Origin: Octopus vulgaris
Taxonomy: Eukaryota
Direction of reading: 5' to 3'
DNA: 64,000 nucleotides
Assembly (NCBI GenBank): GCA_951406725.2
Contig: OX597816.1
Coordinates: 121,148,001 to 121,212,000 of the forward strand
Under the pieces are notes generated by a model. The model saw nothing but the letters and a program-made list of their open reading frames with translations. It was not told the DNA's origin and ran no database searches. Within the stretch, counting starts at the first letter, position 1. Every line of letters starts with the position of its first letter. This document shows positions 11,962-26,116 of this stretch, piece after piece. The position numbers and the translations under genes are program-made.

Positions 11962-12530
11962 TAGGCAGCGAGCTGGCAGACTCGTTTGCATGCCGGGCGA
12001 AATGCTTAGCGGTATCTCGTCTGCCGTTACGTTGTGAGTTCAAATTCCGCCGAGGTCGCCTTTACCTTTCATCCTTTCGGGGTCGATAAATTAAGTACCA
12101 GTTAAGCACTGGGGTCGATATAATCGACTTAATACCTATGTCTGTCCATGTTTGTCCCCTCTATGTTTAGCCCCTTGTGGGTAATAAAGAAATAGGTATC
12201 TCGTCTGCTGCTACGTTCTGAGTTCAAATTCCGCCGAGGTCGACTTTGCCTTTCATCCTTTCAGGGTCGATTAAATAAGTACCAGTTACGTACTGCGGTC
12301 GATATAATCAACTTAATCCGGTTGTCAGTTCTCGTTTGTCCCCTCTGTGTTAAGTCCCTTGTGGGTAGTAAAGAAATATGTATTTCTTCTGTTGCCATGT
12401 TCCGAGTGCAAATTCCGCCGAGGTTGACTTTGCCTTTCATCCTTTCGGGGTCGATTAAACAAGTACCAGTTACGTACTGGGATCGATGTAATCGACTTAA
12501 TCCATTTGTCTGTCCTTGTTTGTCCCTTCT
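11962..12530 (+). mobile_element. SINE family B tandem multimer (one full head plus two 5'-truncated units)
   Basis: Repeated gagttcaaattccgccgaggtcgactttgcctttcatcctttcggggtcgat...aagtaccagtt. The central segment resembles the Meta-SINE domain (from recall). Confidence 0.88.
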
Positions 12531-12768
12531 ATGTATGTATGTATGTATGTATGTATGTATGTATGTATGTATGTATGTATGTATGTATGCATGTATGCAT
12601 GTATGCATGTATGCATGTATGCATGTATGTATGTATGTATGTATGTATGTATGCATGCATGCATGTATGTACGTACATATGTACGTATGTACGTACGTAC
12701 GTATGTATGTATGTAAGTATGTATACATTTATATATATACATATATGTATACATATATGTATAAATGC

Positions 12769-12824
<56 letters not shown>

Positions 12825-13146
12825 GTGTTGTAATTTAACAGACAGGCTAATTTTCATGGTAGGTTAAAACATCAACTCTACGGCAGATAGTTAGCTCTCT
12901 CATTATGTATCGCAGACAATCAACGTATTCGGCAGGTTATCAGAGATGTCCTGCCTTAAGGAAGCAATGATCGAAGATGAATTCAAATTCAGAGAAAGAA
13001 ATAGTAAATGAATACAATGAAATAAAAAAAGATCAGAAAAAAATATATAAAATTAAAAAACGTGGTTTACCATAACGATTTGTTTACTGAAGTTTTTAAA
13101 TGAATAAAGCATATGCTAATAATGAAGAGAATATAGATGGGTGTAA

Positions 13147-13204
<58 letters not shown>

Positions 13205-13369
13205 TTGTATGTATATTTTATATACGTATGAATGGTGATGTACAGTGAATGGTATATGTAACATGATTATGAAACAGCTGTAAACTAATGAAATAAACAT
13301 CTATAATTTCACTTCATTTTTATCTAGTTAATTTACACACACTCACACTTAGATAAGTTTCGGCCAGAA

Positions 13370-14100
13370 TTGACCGACAGCATGAATAACTTAAAAGCAC
13401 CACCTGGAAAAGATATTCAACCATGTTTCATTTCACAGCCATACTTTGGGTACCTATCCCGTTAGAGTAAAGAGATATATCCGGGTATGGGTGATTTTTT
13501 TGCGGAATATGTTGAGTAATTCGACCAGGAACCGTTTGAATGTTATGGGTGTCATTTTGTCTTGGAATGACGTTAAAGAGAGCAAGTCCAGTTGACGTAA
13601 AATAGTTCTGCCTTAGTATTGGAATGTGCCGTGAGCGAGCGAGATTTTCTGAAAGGGCGGATGGCACGGGGACCAAGCCTTGGGGGAATTTTGAAGTTGA
13701 TTCCAACATCATTTGAGCAATGTTGATGGACTATTTTCATGTCATAAGAATGATATAGCACTTGCAACGGCGTTGGTGGGGGTGGGGAATAGCATTTGAG
13801 CTTGTCGAGCAGATATCAATAATCGATATTGTCATGTCATTTTTTCTCATCATTTTTTTTTTTTTACGTGATTGACCTTTAGGATGCTTTAATTTTTATA
13901 ATACTTTATTTCGTGTGGGGAAACCGTAGCGGCAACAGCATTCAAGGTGAAGATGGGAGAAGGTAGTGAAGAGAATGATGATATTAGGACTATCCTTAGG
14001 CTAGAAACTGCTTAGAATACAGAAGCACGTTGTATAGGCCATGTCAGCTTTGCTGTTCATGTAGGCACTTCAGCTTCAGTTGTTATCGACAACTAGTGTA
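13370..14100 (-). mobile_element. Degenerate CR1-group LINE 3' region
   Basis: Minus strand gives IIILFTTFSHLHLECCC, homologous to the 1830-2520 fragment, and YFTSTGLALFNVIP near the C-terminus. Confidence 0.65.
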
Positions 14101-14340
14101 AAATCTCTCGTGGAGTTTAATGCCACAAAGATTTCGCTAGAAGGAATCTTGTACAATCTTAAGTACCTCTTTTCCGAAGTGGTTTATTCTTTTTTTAGCT
14201 GCATAGTATCCATTTTCGCCCATAAGATAAGAGAAAAAATTCCAATTGGAGATATGTCCGGTCTCCTACTCTATTGACGAGCTTCAGAATCTTAGTCATA
14301 TGCAAAAGCCCTTATGTTGCTGTGTTTGATGACATCAACG

Positions 14341-14670
<330 letters not shown>

Positions 14671-14879
14671 ATGAAATGGATAAATAAATTATCTTGTTAC
14701 GGATTATTCAAAATTTAACCGATACCTGTGTAGCAAAAATCACACCAGAAAAGACACGGTTGAGGTTACGACCATGGGGTTTCGCCCCCGTGCTTTAGCG
14801 CGGATAATTGAAGTTTTATATATTTAGTGAAGGGAAGAAATGGAGCTGAACGAAGATTCTACAAAATTCCTTTTTATTA

Positions 14880-14961
14880 TTTTCTACACGTTTCAAAGGC
14901 TGCAAATTCCCAAATTCGGATTGAATAAGGAGACCATTCTGCAGCTTTCTCTTCAGGAAAA
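14880..14961 (-). ncRNA. Type I hammerhead ribozyme inside a 300-bp element (14819-15122) with about 35-bp inverted ends
   Basis: Minus strand ttttc-CTGAAGA-gaaagctgca...tgcagccttt-GAAA-cgt-GTA^gaaaa. Element ends are tatttagtgaagggaagaaatggagctgaacgaa / ttcgttcggctccatttcttcccttcactaaata. Confidence 0.87.
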
Positions 14962-15116
14962 TCCAGGAATTTAAAATCTCCCAAACGGATTGAATAAGGA
15001 GCAGCAAGCTTTTTTCGAACAAAACGCTCCCTAGGAGCCCATAGTAAAAATGGCACAAAACTGTCTCTCAATATGCGCTGACGTCAGATTCGTTCGGCTC
15101 CATTTCTTCCCTTCAC

Positions 15117-15242
<126 letters not shown>

Positions 15243-15255
15243 TATATATATATGT

Positions 15256-15430
15256 GGAGGCGCGTGGCTTAGTGGCTAGGCTGTCATCATCATGATCGAA
15301 AGATTGTGGTGTCGATTCCTGGACCGGTGACGCGTTGTGTTCTTGAGCAAAACACTTCATTTCACGTTGCTCCAGTCCACTCAGCTGGCAAAAATGAGTA
15401 ACGCTGTACTGGACTAGCGTCCCGTCCCGT
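15256..15430 (+). mobile_element. SINE family D 5' part
   Basis: Head ggaggcgcgtggcttagtggctagg...gtcgattcctggacc plus the shared family D body. Confidence 0.78.
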
Positions 15431-15469
15431 ACATCTATTAGTATTCGTATTTTTTTTTTCGTAAGCTCT

Positions 15470-15520
<51 letters not shown>

Positions 15521-15757
15521 GGACCATAATATGACTTAAACACCGCTTCATTAAATTATGTTCTGGGCCACTACTCGGTGAGATCCATCTAAGTATATCA
15601 AAGTTTTAAGTTTTACATATGTATATGTATATAGCCAATAGCAATTAATTGTATATTTGCGTATTTGCGGGCGTATTTTTGTATACATACACACATACAC
15701 GCCTGCACGTACACATGTACATACATACATACATACATACATACATACATACATACA

Positions 15758-15788
<31 letters not shown>

Positions 15789-16228
15789 GTAGGAGCGCAC
15801 GTACACATACCCTAGATGAAAGTAAGCTAAAACCACCAGAGTGATTTTAAAGCGGGGCGGATGTGGAAGTATAATGTGGTTTATGACTACGAATAAACAC
15901 AACACTCTGCTGACGGATAACACATGCAACCCAGCCGAGATTTGTTTTGATATGTTTGTGTACTAGGTAACTATGGCAACTAGCGAGCGGACTACAAAGC
16001 TGCTTCTTTTGACCGAAATTTCCTACAACTGCTCGGTGGTGTAACTAAAGACATTGCGTGTGGGTGTGTAAATGTGTATATGTCTCCGTATTATACTCAG
16101 CATTTATATAATGCTTGTAGACGTTCGTATGTATGCATGAGTGTGTGTGTGTGTGAGTTTGTGTGTGTGGATTTGTATGAATGTACATATTCACACTTGT
16201 ACACGCATACAAATATATATATATATAT

Positions 16229-16385
16229 AGGAGTGGCCGTGTGGTAAGTAGCTTGTTTTCCAACCACATGGTTCCGGGTTAGGTCCTACTGCGTGGCACC
16301 TTGGGCAAGTGTCTTCTACTATAGCCTCGGGCCGACCGAAGCACTGTGAGTGGATTTGGTAGACGGAAACTGAAAGAAGCCCGTC

Positions 16386-16432
<47 letters not shown>

Positions 16433-16637
16433 TGTGTGTGTTTGTCCCCCTAGCATTGCTTGACAACCGATGCTGGTGTGTTTATGTCCCCGTTACTTAG
16501 CGGTTCGGCAAAAGAGACCGATAGAATAAGTACTGGGCTTACAAAAGAATAAGTCCCGGGGTCGAGTTGCTCGATTAAAGGCGGTGCTCCAGCATGGCCG
16601 CAGTCAAATGACTGAAACAAGTAAAAGAGTAAAAGAG
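16229..16637 (+). mobile_element. SINE family A, full length
   Basis: Colinear with 9981-10390. Confidence 0.9.
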
Positions 16638-16664
16638 TATACACACACACACACACACACACGG

Positions 16665-16762
<98 letters not shown>

Positions 16763-17212
16763 CTATCTATCTCTATCTATCTATCTGGCACATATCGATG
16801 AACAAACTGACAAACAGACAAACAGACAGACAGATAGATAGATATATGTATGTATATAGACGTGTGTGTGTATGTTTGTATGCGTGTGTACGTGTGCGTT
16901 TGCAGACGCGTGCGTGGTGTGTTTTGTGAGTGATCACTCCTTCATAATTGCGCCAATACATACATACATATCATACATACTTACATACATACATATATAT
17001 ACATACATATCATACATACTTACATACATACATATATATACATACATACATATATATATATATATATTTCTCAGTTGATAAAATATGTTAAATAAATTAT
17101 GTTCTTTTCGTTTTTGTATACGAAGATCTTCAAGGTACTTTGTAGCAATGATCTGGTTAAATTTGTAAGAGTTAATTTTGAGCAACCCGATTATTATTTA
17201 CCTGGACACCGA

Positions 17213-17304
<92 letters not shown>

Positions 17305-17635
17305 ATGTATGTATGTATGTATATAAAATGAAAATTTGAAATAGAGTATGATTATCAGAAAAGTACGAAGAGAATATAAACACAAAATTCCTCTCGTTGG
17401 CTATGGAAACGAGAGTCCAGCGTAGTATCGGCATGTTTGAAGTCCACAGACTTTAAAATCCATGATACTATTCTTCTGGGTTCACACACACACACATAGA
17501 TACAAACACATGTGAGAGTATAATGTGAGTGCATGCATATGGGCTAGCATGGATGTCTGTGTCTGTCTATGTTTTTGCTTGTATATGTGTGTGTGTGTGC
17601 GTGCGTGTGTGTACTGCATATTTGCTTATACGCGG

Positions 17636-18067
17636 ACTCTTTTTACTCTTTACTCTTTTACTTGTTTCAGTCATTTGACTGTGGCCATGCTGGAGCATCG
17701 CCTTTAGTCGAGCAAATCGACCCCAGAACTTATTCTTTGTAAGCCTAGTACTTATTCCATCAATCTCTTTTGCCGAACCGCTGTGTTACGAGTACGTAAA
17801 CACACCAGCATCGGTTGTCAAGCGACGTTGGGGGCGGACATACATAAACACACAAACATACACACACATGCACACACACACACACACATATATATTTATA
17901 AATATATACGACGGGTTTCTTTCAGTTTTCGTCTACCAAATCCCCTTACAAGGCTTTGGTCAGCCCGAGGCTATAGTAGAATACACTTGCCCAAGGTGCC
18001 ACACAGTGGGACTGAACCCGAAACCATGTGGTTCGTAAGCAAGCTAATTACCACACAGCCACTCCTA
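17636..18067 (-). mobile_element. SINE family A, full length, antisense
   Basis: Reverse complement of 9981-10390. Confidence 0.9.
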
Positions 18068-18431
18068 CTCCTGTGAGATTTCACATAAAAATATGGATGT
18101 AGATATATATAGGTACCTATATATGCATAATTGTATTTGTGTACGAATTCATAGAATCTGTATAGAATTACCTATATATATATGCGGAGGCGTATGTTTT
18201 GGGTGTATCTCTGCGTGATTTGTTGTTGTCTAACTGCAGATGATCCCTGGTCATGCTAACATGTAAACAGTCAACCGATATACAATGTCTAATTATATTT
18301 CGCACAATGCTGTTGTCTGAGTATGTTGCAAACTCTCTATTGGCCAGTTTCTCTCTCTCCTTCCCTCTCTCGCTTTTAGCAGGCACATGCACAAACACAT
18401 ACATACATACATACATACGCACACACACACA

Positions 18432-18471
<40 letters not shown>

Positions 18472-18999
18472 AGAGATTTTCCTAAAATGAAATATAATTA
18501 CTATCTAAGAAAAACATTACCAATCTTTTGGAAGGTGTGCTTCAAATAAATGACAACGAAAGCGCTTACACACACTATGCAAATTTTCCGCCAAAAGGTT
18601 CGTGTTATTCTATTTTTCTAAAGAAGAAATCTTAAAAGAAAATCATTGGTTTTATTTGCAAATGGAATAAATTATGAAGACATCAATATTAATATCAATG
18701 AATTTAGGGTCCCTGAGAGGAAAAAAAGGTGGTTAGTGTAAGATTCGATATTCAGTATACCTATAGATACAGAACTGTTCTTACCACACAAACACGCCCG
18801 GAGAAGTCGTGTGCTGTGGTTTGGTGTTGTGTGAGTGGTGACCAAGATTTGTGGCAAGATATGAGCTAAGATCTCTATCAAGAACAAGGTTAGTTGATAT
18901 ATGAGTGGTGGTGAGAGAAAAGTCGGTCGAGATAAGTAATAGGTGAAAAAGAGGACAAAAGTAGCTATAGACATTAATACAGACGCACACTAAAACCAG

Positions 19000-19044
<45 letters not shown>

Positions 19045-19515
19045 TGTGTGTGTGTATGTGTATGGTGATAGTGGTGGGGTAGGACAATGAGCAAGCTGTC
19101 AGAAATAAAGAATTGCTTGGATATGAAAAAGACAAACAAAAAACAGAAAGCCAAGAACCTAGGAGTGGTCAGAATTGTAATGACACAAGTAGTTCGGAGA
19201 AGGAAAGGTAGAGTGTAGTAGCTTTTGGCAAGAGGTGTGGACAGGTTGTGATAGTTGTTTTTGATTTAGGTACAAGACCAGAAGTTGTGAGAGGAGAGTG
19301 GTAGTCGATAGCATCGACCCCCCACCCTATAATACTGGTACTTTTGTTTTGTGGGTCTCTAAAGCAGTGGTTCCCAACCAATTAACCTATGGACCTCTTT
19401 GGTTTCTACTTTCCTCGGGTGGGCCCTCAAAGCCGTTCAATGATTAAAAAATTCCTAATAATTAAATATTATCAGGAATTGTATTTAAAAAATAATTAAA
19501 ATATTTTGTGTATTG

Positions 19516-19885
19516 CAGGCGTGGCTGTATGGTAAGAAGCTTGCTTCCCAAACACATGGTTCCGGGTTCAGTCCCACTGCGTGGCACCTTGCGCAAGTGT
19601 CTCCTACTATAGCCTCGGGCCAACCAAACCCTTGTGAGTGGATTTGGTAGACGGAAACTGGAAAAAGCCTGGCGTACATATGTGTGTGTGTGTATTTGTG
19701 TCTGTGTTTGTCCCCGCCACTGTCGCTTTTTGGTGTGTTTACGTCCAAGTAACTTAGCAGTTTGGCAGTAGAGACCGATAGAATAAGTACTAGGCTTACA
19801 AAGAATAAGTCTTGGGGTCGATTTGTTCGACTAAATGCGGTGCTCCAGTATGGCTGCTGTCAAATGACTGAAACAAGTAAAAGAA
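19516..19885 (+). mobile_element. SINE family A inserted in a hAT-type MITE that starts at 19365
   Basis: Colinear with family A. The upstream cagtggttcccaacc is a MITE TIR. Confidence 0.82.
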
Positions 19886-20243
19886 TTGTAGACGTATAAA
19901 GCAATTTTAATAATAATGTTCTCTCATGTTTTTGTTTTTTTTTGTTTCGCTTCATACGGAAAAGCTTTAAATATTCGAAAGAAAAAAAACATTAAAGGAT
20001 TGTGAATGTAATATTTCACTGCTCTGTTTTTAACACTTTGTTTTTCACCCCTTCGACAAGTCGTAGTCAATCGGGGTCCATATGGCCCCTAGGGATTCAC
20101 ATAAGATTTTGTTAATATTTATAAGCCATAAATTGCTTTATACTTCTACAATTCGTACTGCCTCAGTCTACTCAGGCATAATAAGTTCCAGGGGTGTACT
20201 AATGCTCCAGCCCTTTCTCCCTTTCAGCTGCCATACCCTAGAT

Positions 20244-20557
20244 CAAGGTTTCTCAACCATGTTTTATCTATGCACCTCTTTGCCTACTATTTTATTCTGG
20301 TGGAGCCATTCGATGTTTAAAAACTTGTTTATCGAAACTGCTTTCAAAATTCCTATTTTGTTTTTCACACATCAACTTGCGTAGGTTGAACTATCTAAAA
20401 TCTTAGGGAAAGAACTCTTTCCTGCAATACATACTAAAACAGACATCTAAAGCAAATTTTTTTCAGTGGCCCTTAAAATACTATTGTGAATCCTTAATTT
20501 ACTATTTTGTTGCGTGGACCCCTTGAATCTTATAGGGACCCTAATTGAGAAGCACTG
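20244..20557. mobile_element. hAT (Charlie-like) MITE
   Basis: TIR caaggtttctcaa / ttgagaagcactg. 8-bp TSD ccctagat/ctctagat fits the NTCTAGAN target preference. Confidence 0.82.
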
Positions 20558-21063
20558 CTCTAGATGACCCATTATAACTAGGGTGAAAAAGGAGCGCGAG
20601 AGGTTATTTATGTTTACTGCAACAATAAAGGCACCGAAAATAATTGACGAAAACATCCTACATCGTACCATGCTACACTCGCTCGTAAGTGACGGCTGTT
20701 CATACTTTTCATTTGTACTTCCCTCAAATGTGTAGCCTTATGCCAATGTTAAATTTAGCGGTGAGATGACAAATTTGCTAATATCGGACAAAATACCTAG
20801 TGGTATTTAATTACTTCTTCTTACGTTCTGATAGCAAAACTTGCTTACAAACTTAGTTAAATGAATAACATCCAAGTACTGAAATCGTGTTATTTGGCTA
20901 AGTGTCTCAAATACATAATATAATAGCGAGTTGAAAACTTCGATTTACTGAAATTATCACAGCATGTTGAAGACAAGATTCTCCAAAGAGTTATTTAAAA
21001 GCAAGGCAAGTAACTCTGACAAGGGCAGTTGACTGAAATTTTGGAGGCATAAAGACGTTGAAA

Positions 21064-21102
21064 ACTAGTCATGTTTCGGTCTAATTAGATCTCTTCAGTC
21101 AT
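21064..21102 (-). ncRNA. Degenerate hammerhead ribozyme
   Basis: Minus strand atga-CTGAAGA-gatctaattagacc-GAAA-catgac. Cleavage triplet and stem I are mutated. Confidence 0.5.
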
Positions 21103-22147
21103 GCATTTAATATTCATTAAAAAAAAAAAGCAGGAAGACTTTTCAGAAAATAAAGACACAGATGAACCTAAGATCAGAACATGTTGCTTTTACCAGTTGT
21201 TTCTAAATACATCTGCTCCTAACTTCATTTTCTTTTAGCTTTCAAAAATTTCGATTTGCTATTATTACAGTTATCGCTCTGGATTGTTGGTTTTAGATTT
21301 AAACACACGAAGTTCTTTTTATATTTTAACTGTAAGGATAATATCTAATAATCTCAGTTAATCTAGGTTTCTCAACTCATTATATTACCTATGTGAGGCT
21401 CAACGGTATGGCTATATTTAGTATTTAAGAACAACCCAGTGAAATATTTTCCCTTCAGCTGTAATATTGACATTGACATAATCAGCGTCAGTATACAGCT
21501 CCGTTATCTATTGTTTTCAATACAGCACATTCATAAGGAATTTCAGGACGAATACCGCAGTTACTGGCCCATCAACTGTGTACATACATGAAGTATGATA
21601 TACAGATTGGTATTTTCCTTTAATACAACCTCGATTATATATACCAGATTTTATTTAGGCGTGCGGAGTGGGAGATGTCTGCTATTCGCAATACCAGAAA
21701 ATATTCAGTTTCGAATATCGGAGGCAACGAATTCTCGTCTAAGCTTGTGAATAGCTGCAAATATACTTCATTAAAAAAAGCCCCAAAAAGTCGAAATGCA
21801 TGTGACGTTCACACTGGTTGCTGTTGGAGCGACTTTTCGTCTTCCTCCATTATTTCTTATGTAAACCCATAGGATATATTATCTCCTGATGAATATCGCT
21901 GTAATTATCCTATCAAAGGTGCATATACATTAAGTGTGATACATTGGTGGGTACAAGCACGCACGCACGTACGCACGCACACACATACACACTCACGTAC
22001 GGATACTATTATATAATCATGCTTGTTTCTTTGCTGTTTTTGTCAAGCTAGTTATATATAAAATCAATTTAACATTAAACTGGAAGCTTATGCAAGACTG
22101 TTTTGTGGAGTAAATATTTATTAGCCTTTGCGAAAAAGAAATTGACA

Positions 22148-22187
22148 CGGATACCCAGGTTTCAGCTTGTTCACTTTCTTCAGACAT
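22148..22187 (-). ncRNA. Hammerhead ribozyme core downstream of a decayed GIY-YIG remnant (about 22440-22720, minus)
   Basis: CTGAAGA-a-agtgaacaagct-GAAA-cctgg-GTA, with a weak stem I. Upstream minus-strand peptides AWSHQ and KFNFCLT resemble PLE endonuclease motifs. Confidence 0.6.
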
Positions 22188-22753
22188 TAATACACTTTGT
22201 CTCTTTTTGGCTTTATATAGGCTGAAGAAGATTGTTATTGTGGTCGGTGAATCAATCAATGAGATATTAAATAGGTGTGGTGTCGGTAGACATGGAAAGT
22301 AATAAATGAGTAATAGAGGACGATAGTGGGGAAATAGGTTGATAGAAAGTTATGGTGAAGAGATTTATTTTGCTTTGATATTGGAATTTTATTGTTGTGT
22401 ATGAACCCACCCTGACATGAAAGAAAAGATGTAAACAGATGAGTTGTATTCAGGTCTCAACATTCTTTGCGTATAAAAATGGTTTTAGAGATATTTTAGA
22501 TTAATCAAGAAATGGTTAGTCACTATGTGTTGGTCAGACAGAAGTTGAATTTGGTATTGTTGTTATTAGCTTTCTATTAAAACATTTTAAGCTGGGTATT
22601 TAGGGACAGTTTGGTTTGATGAGACCATGCTTTAAATATTCATTGAGGTTTTCAAAACTCTTTCTATCTTTATTTATATTATACCCAGATATTTATGTTA
22701 TATGTGGACAATTACATAAATGTCACTGCATGTTGTTTTCTATACGTCTAGAT

Positions 22754-23096
22754 CAGTGGTTCTCAACTGGGGTTCATATGGCCCCTGATGATCCTTATAA
22801 GGTTTTTGGAGGTCCACGCAACAAAATAGTAAATTGGGTATCTACCATAGTATTTCTAAGGGCCTTGAAAAAATTGATTTAGATGTATTGATATTTTTTG
22901 CAAGAAACATGTTTCTTTCTCTAAAATTTTCCATAGTTCAACCTACACATGATAATGTGTGAAAAACAAAATAGAAATTTTGAAAGCAGTTTCAATAAGA
23001 CTAGTTTTTAAACATTAAATGACTGGGAGGAGGGGGTCCACCAGATAAAAGTAGTAATCAAAAGGGTCCATAGATAAAAGTGGTTGAGAACCCCTG
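22754..23096. mobile_element. hAT (Charlie-like) MITE
   Basis: TIR cagtggttctcaac / gttgagaacccctg. TSD gtctagat/atccagat. Confidence 0.85.
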
Positions 23097-23388
23097 ATCC
23101 AGATGAATAAGGAAGGAAGATTCATTTTCCATTCTTATATGTGTGTTTAGGGATATATATATATATACAATGTATAAAAATAGAAAGATACATGCATATC
23201 TACACATATACGTACTTATGTCCTTGCATACACATACAACCACACATACACATATTCAAACGCGCGCGCGTATATGGCTATGTAGCCGCGAGCAGACGCA
23301 AATATCATCTCGGTCCTTCTGTTCATGACCTAAGGATGTGTCAGCTGGAGGAGAGATAGGGTTTGAATTCCTTTTCAAATGACTAGAC

Positions 23389-23665
23389 CAGTGGTTCACC
23401 CCCATTTTTTTTTTATCTATGGACTACTTTGACTCCTATATTACTTGACTGGATCCTCATAACCATTCGATGTATAAACAATCCTATTTTATTTTTATAA
23501 TTAAATATTATTAAGAATTGTATAAAAAGAATTTGTTTAAAATATTTTGTGTATTGTAGAAGTAAAACCCAATTTATTGTAAATAAATTTTAACAATAGA
23601 ATCTTATATGGCCCTCCTCTCCCAACCCCGCCGAGAGTCATATGGACCCCGGCTGAAAACCACTG
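23389..23665. mobile_element. hAT-type MITE, related subfamily
   Basis: TIR cagtggtt / aaccactg. TSD-like gactagac/aagtagac. Confidence 0.75.
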
Positions 23666-23989
23666 AAGTAGACCAACGTGAAAAGATGTCTTGCTCTTAG
23701 ACCAAATGCGCCGACCGGTCTACGAATCCAACCCGCGACCCGGAGATCGTAAGTCCAATAGCCTAGCCACCATGCACAAACTTTAACACATACACTCATA
23801 CAAACACACATACGCACAAACACACACACACAAACATACACACCACTCTTACACAAACACGCACTTACACGTATTACTTTTACTTGTTTCAGTTTGGGGC
23901 TGTGGTCATATTGTGGCCTCACCATTATTGTGTGATCGCTTGTTTATTTTATTTCCATTGACGGATCTCACTCCGTGTTAGGTTTCATC

Positions 23990-24300
23990 GGATGACGGAG
24001 TTGGATAATGTTAACCTCATTTTAGTCTCTCCCAGTAGCTCATCACTAGCACCGAGGCTATCTTCTTAGCTTAATAGCGTTGGATAATAACCTCAGGTCT
24101 TCTCTGATAATTTGACGCTTTCTGTCGGCCATAATTGGGTGTAGTCCATAATACTGAGAATAAATGTTCCCCACTGGATCACATATACCCAGATGATGTC
24201 TAAATCGAGCTAACTAAACAGAATATATTTTGTTGATGAGATATAATTAAATTGAAACATTTCTGTTGCTTTAAAGCAGTAGGCTTCAAATACAACGTCC
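23990..24300 (-). mobile_element. CR1-group LINE remnant
   Basis: Minus strand gives TFILSIMDYTQLW and MSYWERLK. The DNA agtctctcccagtagctca is shared with the LINE at about 36966. Confidence 0.6.
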
Positions 24301-24536
24301 AGAAATTGCATTATCTTTAATTCTCCTCCCCATTTAGATTAGTATATTACTGTTTTTTTTACCTTCCTTGTTTATTGTTTTTAGTCAGATTTTAAACGCT
24401 TATAGAAGGGAGATTTATCTGCTCATTGCGTGGATATTCTTAGTTAATCGAGATACGTTATATAAACTATAACCCCACCCTAAAATTGGATTTATAGCTT
24501 TGAGTTCTTAGAAATAATTATCGTTATTTATGATCA

Positions 24537-24604
<68 letters not shown>

Positions 24605-24940
24605 TGTGTGTGTGTGCGAGTATATATATTTTTCAGAAAACGGTAAAATAGCTTCGCCATTCCTTAGTAGAGCCGTTGTACTACACTTTGACAATTCTTG
24701 ATAAATTGACATCTGAAGCAGCTGGAGATACGATAGTCTGACCAAAAGTACCGGCTATTGCAAGCAAAAGTAAATATTGGTAAAAACACATTTGGCCGAA
24801 TTTGGATATATGACAGTTTAACTTAATAGCAACGATATATATATATATATATATATACACGCACACACACACATGCGCGCATACCAGCACCGTAACCACT
24901 TGTACAACTTCTACTAATACTACTACAGGTAGTAGTACTG

Positions 24941-24992
<52 letters not shown>

Positions 24993-25651
24993 GTATAATT
25001 TTCCTTGTAGGGTACTGTAGTAGTAATAATAGAATATATCTTTGTAAATATATAAACATATATATATGCACATATACGCACAAACACACACATGTATGTG
25101 TGTATGTGTTTATAGTGAGGAAGAGAGAAGGAGAGAGAGAGAGAGAGAGAGAGAGAGTCCGAAAGAGACAGAGAGAACAAGAAAGAGAGACGTGAGAGGT
25201 GGGTTGCTAGAGAAAGGAAGGTTACAAGAAACACTTGTTTGATTGTTACCGCCTGCCACAGTGAAAATCACGTGACGCTGACTATCAACAAAAAGGCCGT
25301 CTGTTTTCCTTTTTATTTTCTATTTCATTTTCTTTTCTTCTATATATTTATTTCACTCGCAATATGAGGTCATTGTTAGGACGGGTCCATTGTTCATTAT
25401 ATTCGTGGAGGTAGGGCGGTAAATATTGTAACCAAAGATGCCTCACAACACAAATTTCAACTGTCGGTATTTTTGCCTTGGTCTCATAGTTCTTGTTTTT
25501 GTTTGTTATTGTTAGTTTTCTTGCTGCTGCTGCTACTGCTATTGCCGCCGTTGCTGCTATAGCTGTTGTTGACATTGTTGCTGTTGTAAGGTTATTATCA
25601 GCTTTGAATATATTTGTGGGTGGGTGGGTGGAATCAGCTAACTGATTAATG

Positions 25652-25769
<118 letters not shown>

Positions 25770-26116
25770 AAACAAAATAATGGTCATTCCTTTATTTGAC
25801 CAAATTTGGCTTACAGCTGTTTCCAGTATTCATTGTGGGTACATTATTGATAGGTATACTCAATTGGTGTAGTTATCAGTTGGTGTAAAAACCAGTTTAT
25901 CTGGAGTCCATCCACGAATTTACAATATAAAATTGCGATGAACAATAATCGGGGTCGCTGCCAAAGATTATCTGGAGTTCTTCACTAATTTCAGTAATAT
26001 TGTTAGCCTGACGTGCCAACAGAGGGCTTATGGAGTATTTTGCTCTTTCTTATAAGCACTTTCTCAGTATTCCCTAGTTGAAATTCGGCAGAATTAAACA
26101 CACACACACACACACC

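Noticed and set aside
12925-12972. HHR-like hairpin ggcagg/cctgcc followed by GAATACGT on the minus strand
   Set aside because: The upstream core TTGCTTCCTTAA and the GAAT motif deviate too far, and there is only one full copy.
24681-24792. Signal-peptide-like MCFYQYLLLLAIAGTFG on the minus strand
   Set aside because: It stops after 36 codons with no good donor site and is probably chance.
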